DNA of 64,000 bases from Candidatus Poribacteria bacterium (GTDB lineage: Bacteria > Poribacteria > WGA-4E > WGA-3G). Both the position numbers and the translations under genes were made by a program. Shown one piece after another: positions 8,935 through 18,989 of this stretch. Under the pieces are notes generated by a model. It was not told where the DNA came from, did no database searches, and saw nothing but the letters and a program-made list of their open reading frames with translations. Location: NCBI GenBank assembly GCA_965215265.1, contig OZ244048.1, forward strand, positions 3,392,001-3,456,000, in the 5' to 3' direction. Position 1 is the first letter of the stretch, and each line of letters begins with the position of its first letter.

Positions 8935-10572
8935 ATGCAATCTCCACACGGAATAACTACTGCAGCATTTCGTCCGTCTATCATGGGAAGAAATGGGCTG
9001 GTTACATCCGGACACGTGCTTGCATCCCAAGCTGGGATTCAGTCAATTATGGCAGGCGGCAACGCGGTTGATGCCGCCATTGCAACTGCAGCCGCCCTCG
9101 GCGTTGTTGAACCTGCAGGCTCCGGAGTTGGCGGCGATGGGTTTATTCTGATTTATTGGGCGGAAACAGGACAAGTTACCGCGGTGAATGCAACAGGACC
9201 TGCCCCACGTGCAGCGACGCGAGAAACCTATCTCGAAAATGGAGGCATTCCGATGAAAGGAATGCGAAGCGTCTCTGTGCCCGGGCTCGTTGATGGCTGG
9301 CTTCTCGTGCACGAACGTTACGGGAAACTTCCGTTAGAGACAGTCTTTGAACCCGCTGTTTCTCTCTGCGAAAATGGTTTTCCGATTAGTTACAGGCTCG
9401 CTAGTGGACTCCGAGGTGAGCACGAGCGTTTTGCCTCTGACCCACACACGCGGGCTGTCTTCACAAATGACGGTCAACCGATTGCCCCGGGCGAGTTTAT
9501 CCGGAACCCAAACCTCGGGACAACTCTCCGAACAATCGCCAAGGGAGGACGCAACGAATTCTATGAAGGAGAAATTGCTAAAACTATCGGCGAATTTAGT
9601 AGCGAATACGGTGGACTTTTGACTGCGGATGACCTCGGCAATTACCACGCTCATTGGGCTGAGCCGATACATGTCAATTATCGAGGCTACGAAGTTTACG
9701 AAATGCCGCCCAATTCAAGCGGGCATATTTTGCTGCAGGAACTGAACATTGTTGAACGTTTTGATATGCAAAGCCTCGGATGCAATACCACTGAAAGTGT
9801 GCATTTGATGGTTGAAGCCAAAAAACTGTGCTTTGCTGATAGGGAAAAATACATGGCGGATCCGGACTGGATAGATATTCCGTTAGAAGGTATGTTGTCC
9901 AAAATCTATGCTGCTGAGCAGACTGAACGTATTAACTGGCATAAGGCAGCCATAGATGTACCGGCTGGGGGCCCGGAATCACATGGAGATACCACCTGTT
10001 TCTGTACTGCAGATAGGACAGGTAACTTGGTTTGTGTGTTACAGAGCATTCAATCCGGATTCGGTTCCAGTTTAATCGCCGGCGATACGGGCATTCTCCT
10101 TAACAATCGGATGACTTATTGGCATTTAGAAGAGAATCACCCCAACTGCCTGATGCCGGGTAAACGCGTCCGCCACACGATGAATCCCGTCATTGTCACA
10201 AAAGCGGGAAGGCCGTTTTTAGCATGTGGTACCCCTGGTGCCGACACACAGGTGCAGACCAATTTGCAGCTTTTAACGCATCTGCTTGATTTCGGGATGA
10301 CACCACAAGAGGCAGTGTCTGCCCCGCGCTGGCGGAGTTTGCAAAACCCGATGGAATCCACTATTCCACATGTCTGCTCTAACCATCTCCAGTTGGAGGG
10401 GCGCTTTCCGGTAGATGTGCAGGCAGGTTTAGCACAAAGGGGGCATGAACTCCAGATGCTTGGGGATTGGAGTGGTCCAGGCAGCGCGCAGGTTATCATG
10501 GTGCATCCGGAGTCCGGCGCGCTCATCGGTGGGTCAGACCCGAGAACCGATGGGTATGCTGTCACCTTTTAG
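8935..10572 (+). CDS. ggt: Gamma-glutamyltransferase
   Basis: GGNAVDAAIA, GDTT autoprocessing Thr, PGKRVRHTM, GGSDPR. Confidence 0.93.
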   Translation: MQSPHGITTAAFRPSIMGRNGLVTSGHVLASQAGIQSIMAGGNAVDAAIATAAALGVVEPAGSGVGGDGFILIYWAETGQVTAVNATGPAPRAATRETYLENGGIPMKGMRSVSVPGLVDGWLLVHERYGKLPLETVFEPAVSLCENGFPISYRLASGLRGEHERFASDPHTRAVFTNDGQPIAPGEFIRNPNLGTTLRTIAKGGRNEFYEGEIAKTIGEFSSEYGGLLTADDLGNYHAHWAEPIHVNYRGYEVYEMPPNSSGHILLQELNIVERFDMQSLGCNTTESVHLMVEAKKLCFADREKYMADPDWIDIPLEGMLSKIYAAEQTERINWHKAAIDVPAGGPESHGDTTCFCTADRTGNLVCVLQSIQSGFGSSLIAGDTGILLNNRMTYWHLEENHPNCLMPGKRVRHTMNPVIVTKAGRPFLACGTPGADTQVQTNLQLLTHLLDFGMTPQEAVSAPRWRSLQNPMESTIPHVCSNHLQLEGRFPVDVQAGLAQRGHELQMLGDWSGPGSAQVIMVHPESGALIGGSDPRTDGYAVTF

Positions 10573-10584
10573 AGGAGGTCGCGA

Positions 10585-11637
10585 ATGAAAATCTTAGTGA
10601 CAGGTGGTACAGGCCGCATCGGGGCGAATCTTGTCAAAAAATTATTAGAAAAAGGACATCATATCCGGAGTTTCGTTTATCCGGCTGATGCCAACCGGAT
10701 TAACCGCTTAGATGCGTATCAAGGTGTCGAAACCGTACTCGGCGACCTTCGCGAATATGAAGATGTAAAAAGAGCTGTTGACGGTGTTGATGCCATCTAT
10801 CATATTGCCGCTGCATTCGGTGGCCCGTTTAATAATAGACAGTATTTGGCTATCAACGGCATGGGGACGCTTAACATCTTAGAATGTATTCGTGAGATTA
10901 ATCCTAGCATCCAACGGCTCATCTATGCGTGTACCGAAGCCATTTATTGGGAATTGAGTGCAAAAGGCAGGCTTTTCAATGAGCCGATTACAGAAGATAT
11001 GGTAGCAAAATACCATGCTATGCCCTACTTCCTCACAAAATGGATCGGCGAGGAGTTGTGTATGGCGTATTACCATCAATACGGTGTACCTACTACGGTA
11101 TTCCGGTTCACAACGGTGATTGAGCCAAGCGAGTTCCTCAATGAAGCCGGTTTGCCTCGGCAGTTCATCTTCAGTCCTATCTATAACCGATACAAGGCTT
11201 ACACAGGAGATAATCCGGTAGAACAAGCGACTGCAAAAACTGTGCAATCTCTATGGGACGGTCAAGAGAAATTTATCCTCAAACGCAACCCCGATGGCCG
11301 CGCGTATAAGGAGCATTTTACTGATGTGCGAGATATCGTTCAAGGGTTAGTGCTTGGGCTTGAAAAAGATGCAGCAATCGGGGAAGAGTTTACCCTCGGT
11401 GGAAAGGGGCTCTTCAGATTTGAAGAAATTATTCCATATTTGTGTGAACGGTATAATATGGATTTTGTTGATGTCAAACTCCCAAATACCAACTATTTTG
11501 AGTTTGACCTCCACAAAATCAAGACGCTGTTGGATTATGAACCGAAACATGATTTAGCGAGCATTCTGGATGCCGCTGAAGCGATGCAGCGCGGTGAAAA
11601 TGTCGATATTATTCCGACAGGTATCCGGTGGAGTTAA
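10585..11637 (+). CDS. NAD-dependent epimerase/dehydratase
   Basis: TGGTGRIG, YFLTK (YxxxK). Confidence 0.88.
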   Translation: MKILVTGGTGRIGANLVKKLLEKGHHIRSFVYPADANRINRLDAYQGVETVLGDLREYEDVKRAVDGVDAIYHIAAAFGGPFNNRQYLAINGMGTLNILECIREINPSIQRLIYACTEAIYWELSAKGRLFNEPITEDMVAKYHAMPYFLTKWIGEELCMAYYHQYGVPTTVFRFTTVIEPSEFLNEAGLPRQFIFSPIYNRYKAYTGDNPVEQATAKTVQSLWDGQEKFILKRNPDGRAYKEHFTDVRDIVQGLVLGLEKDAAIGEEFTLGGKGLFRFEEIIPYLCERYNMDFVDVKLPNTNYFEFDLHKIKTLLDYEPKHDLASILDAAEAMQRGENVDIIPTGIRWS

Positions 11638-11725
11638 CCGCGACTGCACTGTGTCTGGTACACTTTGACCTTAGAATCGACTGTAATTTGGACTGTCCTC
11701 TGTTTTTTGTTTATGTGAATTTTAT

Positions 11726-11755
11726 TTGACATCTTGTCAAAAAATAGGTTACACT
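11726..11755 (+). promoter_or_regulatory. Sigma70-type promoter; the -35 is half of the palindrome TTGACA-tct-TGTCAA
   Basis: TTGACA-N18-TACACT; AGGAGG before ATG 11815. Confidence 0.5.
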
Positions 11756-11814
11756 ATCAAGAAATGGGTTCAACCCTATCTGTATAATGTATATAATGAG
11801 GAGGTCGATCCGTC

Positions 11815-13425
11815 ATGAAAATAGCATTCGGCATACATGCTAGCCGTTGGCTTATCTTAGTCGCCTTCGCTTTTTTGACGTTAAATTGCACAAAAATTAC
11901 CTCTACGCCAATAGGACATGTCTCTTCAAGTACCAAGCATCTTGACCGGCATATTAATACCGTTCTAAAACAGCAAGGACTTCAGCCATCTAAACAGTCT
12001 AAAGATGCAGAATTTCTGCGTCGTGTCCATTTAGATATGACCGGAAAGATCCCCACCCCTGAAGAGGTACTGGATTTTCTCAAAGATGGTTCACCAAACA
12101 AACGTTCGAAGAAAATTGAGCAATTGCTTGAGAGTGAATCTTATCTCGACTATTGGAGCAGCTTGTGGGCGAATTGGTTAATTGGGCATCGTGAAGACGG
12201 AGATGAACGGAGTGTCGGATTGAAGCATTGGATTCGAGAATCATTGACTGTCAATATGCCGTACAACCATTTTGTCAAAGAACTGATTTCTGCCGATGGC
12301 CATTTGCAAGATAGTGGAGCGGGAAACTATATTCTCCGTTACGATCGCTCTCCTGTTTTTCTAACTTCACAGACCTCGCGCTTGTTTTTAGGGCTCCCCA
12401 TGCAATGTGCAGAATGTCACGATCACAAGACAGAAGCATGGCGGCAGGAAGATTTCTACGGTATCGCTGCCTTTTTCACCGGCATAGAAAGTCAAGAGAT
12501 GGGGTATATTGATGTCCAAAACATGGAAACCGATCGGATGCGGATGCAGAATTACCTCATTACTAATAAACCTGAAGGGGCTATCTGGGTGGAAAGGTTG
12601 GAGGCATCTGTACCGCCGCGCTTTTTAGATGGTACCGCATACAAAGGCTCCCTGACCAAAAAGCGAGAGGCTCTTGCACAGTGGATAACCGATAAGACAA
12701 ATCCTTATTTTAGCAAGGCACTAGTCAACCGCATCTGGAAACACTTTATAGGCCGTGCGTTTGTAGAACCGCTCGACGGCTTCGGAGAGGAAAAATCACC
12801 GACGAACCCGGAACTTTTAGGGTGGCTCGCGGAGGATTTCGTCATCAGCGGATACGATCTCCAGCATTTAATGCGTACCATCCTCAATTCAGAAACGTAT
12901 CAACGCACTTCGGAGACAAATAAAAACAACAAGGACGATGAGCGCTATTACTCGCACGCGTATGTGAAGCCGCTGAGCGCAGAACAGTTCTTCCTTTCTA
13001 TGCTGCAAGCGACTGGGTTTGAACGGCTTCAAAAGCGGCGGGACCGTGGAAAACTTGAAGAAATGAAACGGCAGCACCTTAAACGGTTCCTCTTTTTGCT
13101 TGACAACGGAGAAATGGAAGAGATTGAAGCGTTCAACGGAACTATCCCACAAGCTCTTATGATGATTAATGGAGCTATGGTTAACGATAGTGCAAACCAT
13201 GAGCAACACGGCAGCTTTATTCACTATGTACTGGAAAAATGGCGTGAACCCATAGAGCGACTGGAGTATATCTACCTCACTGTGTTATCCCGTCTTCCTA
13301 CCAGTAAAGAAAAAACATATTTCCAACGTTACTTAGAACGTAGTCTCTATCGGGACAAAGACCTGGCTTACGAAGACCTCTATTGGGTTTTGTTAAATTC
13401 TGCTGAATTTTCACTCAATCATTAG
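11815..13425 (+). CDS. DUF1549/DUF1553 protein
   Basis: EFLRRVHLDMTGKIPT, QCAECHDH, VNRIWKHF, PTNPELL, LLNSAEF. Confidence 0.9.
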   Translation: MKIAFGIHASRWLILVAFAFLTLNCTKITSTPIGHVSSSTKHLDRHINTVLKQQGLQPSKQSKDAEFLRRVHLDMTGKIPTPEEVLDFLKDGSPNKRSKKIEQLLESESYLDYWSSLWANWLIGHREDGDERSVGLKHWIRESLTVNMPYNHFVKELISADGHLQDSGAGNYILRYDRSPVFLTSQTSRLFLGLPMQCAECHDHKTEAWRQEDFYGIAAFFTGIESQEMGYIDVQNMETDRMRMQNYLITNKPEGAIWVERLEASVPPRFLDGTAYKGSLTKKREALAQWITDKTNPYFSKALVNRIWKHFIGRAFVEPLDGFGEEKSPTNPELLGWLAEDFVISGYDLQHLMRTILNSETYQRTSETNKNNKDDERYYSHAYVKPLSAEQFFLSMLQATGFERLQKRRDRGKLEEMKRQHLKRFLFLLDNGEMEEIEAFNGTIPQALMMINGAMVNDSANHEQHGSFIHYVLEKWREPIERLEYIYLTVLSRLPTSKEKTYFQRYLERSLYRDKDLAYEDLYWVLLNSAEFSLNH

Positions 13426-13499
13426 CATTTAATGGAAAGTCTGATATTATGAAAGGCAGAAGGTACATGCATGTCTTCCGCCTAAAGGAGAATTAATCA

Positions 13500-14222
13500 A
13501 TGAAAAAACGTAACGTGTTCAGTGTTATCTGTGGTATCACTATTGGCCTCGCGGCAGTAGCGATGGCACAAACCTATTTTGAGGATAATTTTGACGACGC
13601 GAAGGCATCGGAACAGAAATGGGTCGCTCTCTTCGGAGAATGGGAATTCCAAAGCGATGAATACCATCAACTCCAAAATACGCCTAACTGTATGAGTGTC
13701 GTTGCGGACGAATTTTGGGATGATGCTTGGAATGAATATACCTTTGAGGTACGGGGCAATAAAATGAGTGGAGCCGAAGGATTCTTAATCATGTTTCGGT
13801 GCCAAGGCATGATGCAAGCCCGGGGACAAGCATTGGAAGACCACCCGCCGCGTATGGAGAAACTCAAACCCTCCTTAGAGTACTGGTGGAATCTCGGTGG
13901 TTGGGGCAATACCCGTTCTCAGGTAGAGTCGTGGGGTGGAAAAGCCGGTGCAAACAGTAACCACACCATTGACGAAGAAGAATGGTACAACATCAAGATT
14001 GTCAACACAGCCGACAGTTACACCGTCATCCTCAATGATGAAGAGGTTGCGAAAGTTGACGATGACACCGAAAACGGGGTAGGGCGAATCGGCCTCGCGA
14101 CTTGGAGCACTGTTGCAAAGTATGATGACGTGGTCGTTTACGGCCCTGATGGTCCCTCGTTACCAGTCGATGCGAAAAGCAAACTGGCAACGATGTGGGG
14201 GCATCTCAAATCAGTTCAGTAA
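13500..14222 (+). CDS. Secreted DUF1080/LamG-like beta-sandwich protein with C-terminal KLATMWGHLK motif
   Basis: Signal peptide, FEDNFD, GRIGL..YDDVVVYG, tail VDAKSKLATMWGHLK. Confidence 0.7.
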   Translation: MKKRNVFSVICGITIGLAAVAMAQTYFEDNFDDAKASEQKWVALFGEWEFQSDEYHQLQNTPNCMSVVADEFWDDAWNEYTFEVRGNKMSGAEGFLIMFRCQGMMQARGQALEDHPPRMEKLKPSLEYWWNLGGWGNTRSQVESWGGKAGANSNHTIDEEEWYNIKIVNTADSYTVILNDEEVAKVDDDTENGVGRIGLATWSTVAKYDDVVVYGPDGPSLPVDAKSKLATMWGHLKSVQ

Positions 14223-14232
14223 AGTATTTCTC

Positions 14233-14293
14233 TAAAAGGTGGGAAGGTGTAGAGAATCCGCATTGCGGAGATGCTATGCCCTCTCACTTTTTT
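14233..14293. terminator. Long hairpin between convergent genes
   Basis: AAAAGGTGGGAAGGTGTAG...CTATGCCCTCTCACTTTTT imperfect stem followed by a T-tract. Confidence 0.55.
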
Positions 14294-14334
14294 CGTTTAA
14301 ACCGACTTCAGCATAGCATGAGTTTACTTGGAGC

Positions 14335-15105
14335 TCAAAACAGTTGCGGTAGTTCCGAAACAGTATCAAGCATCCAGGTCGCTGTGGCGGGGGGGTTATC
14401 TAAGTGCTCGGTTTTAAACTTTCCAGTCTTTACCAATACGCTTCTCATCCCCATCCGCTGTGCGCCAACTATGTCAGATGTGATGTCATCGCCAACTACA
14501 ATCACATCGCTGGCCGGAAGTTGCAAATCAGTTAGCACGATTTTGAAAAACAGCTCGCTTGGCTTGCCCATGATTTTGGAAGTTTTCCCTGAAGCATATT
14601 CCAGCAGGGCGACGAACGCTCCACAATCCAACCGCATCCCGTCAGGCGAAAACCAATAAGGTGATTTCTGGAGTGCGATAAGTTCGGCACCACCCATTAA
14701 CAGCTGAAAAGCGTGATTTAAGGAATCAAAGTCAAACTTAGGGCCATAGTCGCCCACAATCACGAAATCGGGAGATTTATCCACCGTGTGTATCTCTCTA
14801 AAAACCGTTTTGACTGCATCATCTACTAGGAAGTGGCAGCTCGCCTGAGGCTGTGAGCGAAGATAGAGGAGACACGCATAGGTAGCGTTGAAAATTTCAT
14901 TTTCCTGCACGTCAAAACCGAGATTTTGCAGCTGCGCATGAAGCATCTTTGGTGTCTTAGCGGTTGTATTTGTGAGAAATCGGAGTTGATATTTCTGCTC
15001 ACGCAAATAATCTACGGATTCAATGGCACCGAGGTACGGTTCACCTTTAAAATAGAGCGTTCCATCGAGGTCTATTAAAAACGCCTGAGGTCTGGTTATG
15101 GGCAT
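14335..15105 (-). CDS. HAD-IIA hydrolase (LHPP/HDHD2-like)
   Basis: DLDGTL, LTNTT, GKP, GDDITSD, VKTGK. Confidence 0.9.
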   Translation of the reverse strand: MPITRPQAFLIDLDGTLYFKGEPYLGAIESVDYLREQKYQLRFLTNTTAKTPKMLHAQLQNLGFDVQENEIFNATYACLLYLRSQPQASCHFLVDDAVKTVFREIHTVDKSPDFVIVGDYGPKFDFDSLNHAFQLLMGGAELIALQKSPYWFSPDGMRLDCGAFVALLEYASGKTSKIMGKPSELFFKIVLTDLQLPASDVIVVGDDITSDIVGAQRMGMRSVLVKTGKFKTEHLDNPPATATWMLDTVSELPQLF

Positions 15106-15114
15106 ACCTTCTCC

Positions 15115-16179
15115 TTACTGCAAAACACTCGTGTCATTGGGACTGAGTACTGGATGCGGGCTCAGGTTGTAGTCACCATCAAGCGAAATATCGTCAAGTT
15201 TGATGATATTTCCTGATACTGCAGATTGGTGCATGGCGAAAACGGTTTGAACAAGGTGCAGATTACTGTGCCCATCTGTAATTGGGCGTTGTCCTGTTAG
15301 CAAGCAGTCGAGAAAGTGTGCCATCGTGTTGCCAAAAGCATCTGGAAACCATGTACCGTCTATCACCGGCTTAAATTCGTTCGTCTCTGGCTCGGTAAGG
15401 TGAACCGTCAGGTCTTCACTGTTTCCGTAGATAGCCCCTTTGGTGCCTTGGATTCGAATCTCTTCATGCGGATGCTGGAGATTACGCCCCGAATTGACAA
15501 GAAATGCCCAATTGCATGAGAGGAGCCCTTGGATGCCACACCGGCTTGTAAAAAGCGCGACAGCGAGTGCTTCGCCTTCATCAATTCTGCTATCGTGTCC
15601 GTGTGCTTGGCAGTAAACGCTTTCATATTCGCCGAACCATTTGTGGATGAGCGCGATGTGATGTATCTGCATTGCAGGAATCAGATGCCGTTCCGGGAAA
15701 GTCGTGTAAAACCCGTTGCAGGTGATAGAGACGTGATAAATTTCGCCGAGCCGTTCGGTGTTAATGTAGGGTTCGATGGCGAGGAAGCCGGGGACAAAGC
15801 AAGAATTTTGATTCACCATAAGTTGCACGCCGTGTTGCTCACAAATTTCCACCATCTCTACTGCTTGGTGCATCGTCATGGAAAACGGTTTTTGGCAGAG
15901 GATATGTTTTCCCGCTTGAGCGGCCGCCTTGACAATAGGTGAGCGAATCCACGGCTGTACTGCTATGTCAATCACATGAACGTCGGCATCTGCAATTAGG
16001 TCGGCAATACGTGTATATCGCGTCGGGATGTTAAATGTGTCGCCGGTTTGGTTGAGGCGCGCCGCGTCTTCATCACAGATTGCGGCGACGTATAACCCTT
16101 TACGTTGATAACCGAGTAGATGCTGTTGTCCGATACCTAATCCAATTAAACCGATGCCGAGACTTTGTCGTGCTGTCAT
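15115..16179 (-). CDS. Gfo/Idh/MocA-family oxidoreductase
   Basis: GLIGLGIG, GKHILCQKP. Confidence 0.9.
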   Translation of the reverse strand: MTARQSLGIGLIGLGIGQQHLLGYQRKGLYVAAICDEDAARLNQTGDTFNIPTRYTRIADLIADADVHVIDIAVQPWIRSPIVKAAAQAGKHILCQKPFSMTMHQAVEMVEICEQHGVQLMVNQNSCFVPGFLAIEPYINTERLGEIYHVSITCNGFYTTFPERHLIPAMQIHHIALIHKWFGEYESVYCQAHGHDSRIDEGEALAVALFTSRCGIQGLLSCNWAFLVNSGRNLQHPHEEIRIQGTKGAIYGNSEDLTVHLTEPETNEFKPVIDGTWFPDAFGNTMAHFLDCLLTGQRPITDGHSNLHLVQTVFAMHQSAVSGNIIKLDDISLDGDYNLSPHPVLSPNDTSVLQ

Positions 16180-16182
16180 GGG

Positions 16183-17445
16183 TTAAATTCCTAATCCTTC
16201 GTCAATTTCGCGCTGATAGGTATTGATGGATTCATCCAACATCTGGTCAAGGGTGACAGTCTGTCCAGTTGCCCCAGATTCAAGTATGGCATAAGAGACA
16301 GCAACAGAACGTGTGCCTTGATAAGCATCAACTTCAACGCTGCGATTTCCGGCAATCGCCTCTGCGAAATCGCCGTACTCAATTGCGATGATTTTCGCAT
16401 CGGTTTGTGGAAAGGGAAATTCATAACGCCAGAGCCGGTCTCCGCCGAAGAGATCTGCTGTTACGGCATCGAGGTGGAAATCTGGAACGAGAGATAGGAG
16501 TCTTTCATCGTTAATGGTATCCTGTCCATCAATATTGAGTGTGATAAGCCTGCCACTTCGGTCTCCGGGCAAAGTCATTGACCCCTTGGAACCGTGAATT
16601 TGCCGCATCCAGCTGCCTTGCCCCCAGGCACCATGGTCTTCGATATATTGAGCGACAATTCCGTTTTTGAAGGTTAACGTTGCGTAAGCGGCATCTTCAG
16701 CGGTGGCTTCAAATTCGGCAGGCATTTTCTGCTGCCATTTTGTGTAGACACCGGCTGGATTGGAGCCGGATTCGCCAGTTCCGGCGGCAGGGTTGTGCCG
16801 AGTAGGTTCATGAAGTCTAGTTTGCGCGTAAACCGTGTCTACTTCGCCGAGTAAATACTCAATCATGTCGGAGTAGTGAACACCCACATCTAGCAGCACC
16901 CCACTCTGGTCTTTTTGATGTCGCCAGACAGAGATGAGCATTCGGTTTGAACCGCCAATTGCGTGGTGAATTAGAAAGCGCGGTTTGCCGATGACTTCTG
17001 CCTGGAGAAGGGCCTTAGCAAGCCGATTAACCGGATCTCGCCTATAGTTCTCGGCAACACTCAGCACAGCCTGTGAGGCATCGGCAGCCCGGCGGATGAG
17101 GTTGCAGGCACGAACGGTAAGCCCCATCGGTTTTTCAACCATGGTGTGCCAGCCGCGTTCAAGGGTTTCAACAGCGACGGTATGATGATACGGCGGGGTT
17201 GTCGTGACATCAACAGCTTCAACGCCAATTTGAGCGAGTTCGTCAAGGGAAGCAGCGACGGTAGGGCGTGCTCCGAAACGTTCTTCGGCTTGAGCAGCTA
17301 AGGATTCGGCATTTGCCCGTACCGGGTCGCATGCTCCTACCAGCGTGAAACGTTCCCATCCGGCGCGATGAAGTTCTGCCAGCCCATACATGTGGCGGTG
17401 CCCCATACCGCCACAACCAACTATTGCCAATCGAATCGCATCCAT
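16183..17445 (-). CDS. Gfo/Idh/MocA-family oxidoreductase
   Basis: IVGCGGMG, VEKP, DVGVH. Confidence 0.92.
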   Translation of the reverse strand: MDAIRLAIVGCGGMGHRHMYGLAELHRAGWERFTLVGACDPVRANAESLAAQAEERFGARPTVAASLDELAQIGVEAVDVTTTPPYHHTVAVETLERGWHTMVEKPMGLTVRACNLIRRAADASQAVLSVAENYRRDPVNRLAKALLQAEVIGKPRFLIHHAIGGSNRMLISVWRHQKDQSGVLLDVGVHYSDMIEYLLGEVDTVYAQTRLHEPTRHNPAAGTGESGSNPAGVYTKWQQKMPAEFEATAEDAAYATLTFKNGIVAQYIEDHGAWGQGSWMRQIHGSKGSMTLPGDRSGRLITLNIDGQDTINDERLLSLVPDFHLDAVTADLFGGDRLWRYEFPFPQTDAKIIAIEYGDFAEAIAGNRSVEVDAYQGTRSVAVSYAILESGATGQTVTLDQMLDESINTYQREIDEGLGI

Positions 17446-17531
17446 ATTTTAACTCCTATTGAGGGGAGCCGCGGCTCTCCTTCTCTCCCTAAAGTGTACA
17501 AGGTGCCGTTGAAGACCGCAGTGGACTTCAA

Positions 17532-18989
17532 CTACAAAGCGGATTCCAATTTTCTCAAGTCTGATTCCATGAGCGATTTATCATTGACGTAACGCAGGTA
17601 ACGGTTTATTACTTTATCCTTATATCTTTTGCCACTGCTTGGAAGCGGGCCTCCTTCTCTCACTCTACCCGGCCCAACGTTGTAAGCGCCCAGGGCTAAT
17701 TGATAATTACCGTTATATTTTTCGATAAGTTGACTAAAATAGGTTAACCCGGCATGTATATTTTTGTGCGGATTGAAGCGTTCATCGACACGCGGATCCA
17801 AAGTTGGCTTGCGCTTATTTTCATACCTTGGGACTTTAAGGCCTAGTCCTCGTGCAGTATCAGGCATCATCTGCATTAGACCACCGGCTCCAGTCTTTGA
17901 AACCGCGAACGGATTAAAAGAGGATTCAGCATAAATCAACGCGAGCAGGAGTTCCAATTCAATACCGTACTGTTTTGCAATCTGTTCAGACTGATGTGTT
18001 GCAAATTGGTTGCTAACCTTCTTTTGCTCAGGTGCACGTTCTGATGCTGTCAGCGATTGCTGTGGATTTCCGAAGGTGAGCCCAACTGAAATGAGTTGTC
18101 TGTATTCTAAATCTTGCTGGTTTAGATATGTATAGTGAATCTGTGTTCCAAATTGGGAATATGAGAATCCTAAACTCCAGGAATGCGGTTCCACGGAAGG
18201 AAGATTCTCAAAGTTAGAACCTATTCGGGCAGAAAGGTTTTTCAATGAGAATTCCAGTCCTGTGCCAAAACTGCGTGATATAGTATCTGCTCTGCTATGC
18301 CATTGGAGAGAGGGGTGAAGTGCCACCGTCGCACCAAAGGAAAATTGCGGATCAAACGTTTGCAATACCTGCATGTTTTCGTCATAGATGACGACGCCGG
18401 AAATATCGCGAATCCGTATACCCAAGGCGACGTTACGATTGAGTTTCACAACACTGCCAATATCATAATTGGGAGCCCACTGACTACTGACATAGGGTGC
18501 ACGGTTATACCCAAAATTTGCGCCAACTTGTACGTTCCCAAATGCGCGTGCATAAGAGAACAACGCCTGATTGCTTCCGTACTGAAAAGTGCCTATCGGG
18601 TTATTCGGATGTTTCACCAAAAACCGATCTGCGAAATGAAAATCGAGCACGTTGAAACCGAAGGTGCCAATCCGGTTGATAGGGTATGCGAGAGAAACCG
18701 CTCCTTGTGACAAATCGTAGACAAGGTTTGCGGTTTCTAAGGACGCTAATCCGGCGGGATTCCAGAATGCACCTGTTGCATCATCGGCACTGCTAATAAA
18801 CGCGCCACCTAGACCGAGCCCACGTGTGCCAACCTCCGGCCTCAAAGTGAGTAACTCTGATGAATTGCTCTGTTCTGATGATTCGTACGTGAGTACAAAT
18901 AACAAGATGGCGATGAGAAACCATCTTCGTTTACGGAAGGGCGAGGTAGCGAGCGGGATCCTCGCTTTTGCCTTTGTAACGGATTTCAA
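17532..18989 (-). CDS. PorV/PorQ (UPF0164)-like barrel fused to an SLT lytic transglycosylase; start uncertain
   Basis: RGLGLGGAF..DDATGAFWNPAGL; AESSFNPFAVS..GLMQMMP..AYNVGPG; the frame is open to 19208 but that overlaps the M23 gene, TTG 18989 precedes the hydrophobic segment. Confidence 0.75.
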   Translation of the reverse strand: MKSVTKAKARIPLATSPFRKRRWFLIAILLFVLTYESSEQSNSSELLTLRPEVGTRGLGLGGAFISSADDATGAFWNPAGLASLETANLVYDLSQGAVSLAYPINRIGTFGFNVLDFHFADRFLVKHPNNPIGTFQYGSNQALFSYARAFGNVQVGANFGYNRAPYVSSQWAPNYDIGSVVKLNRNVALGIRIRDISGVVIYDENMQVLQTFDPQFSFGATVALHPSLQWHSRADTISRSFGTGLEFSLKNLSARIGSNFENLPSVEPHSWSLGFSYSQFGTQIHYTYLNQQDLEYRQLISVGLTFGNPQQSLTASERAPEQKKVSNQFATHQSEQIAKQYGIELELLLALIYAESSFNPFAVSKTGAGGLMQMMPDTARGLGLKVPRYENKRKPTLDPRVDERFNPHKNIHAGLTYFSQLIEKYNGNYQLALGAYNVGPGRVREGGPLPSSGKRYKDKVINRYLRYVNDKSLMESDLRKLESAL

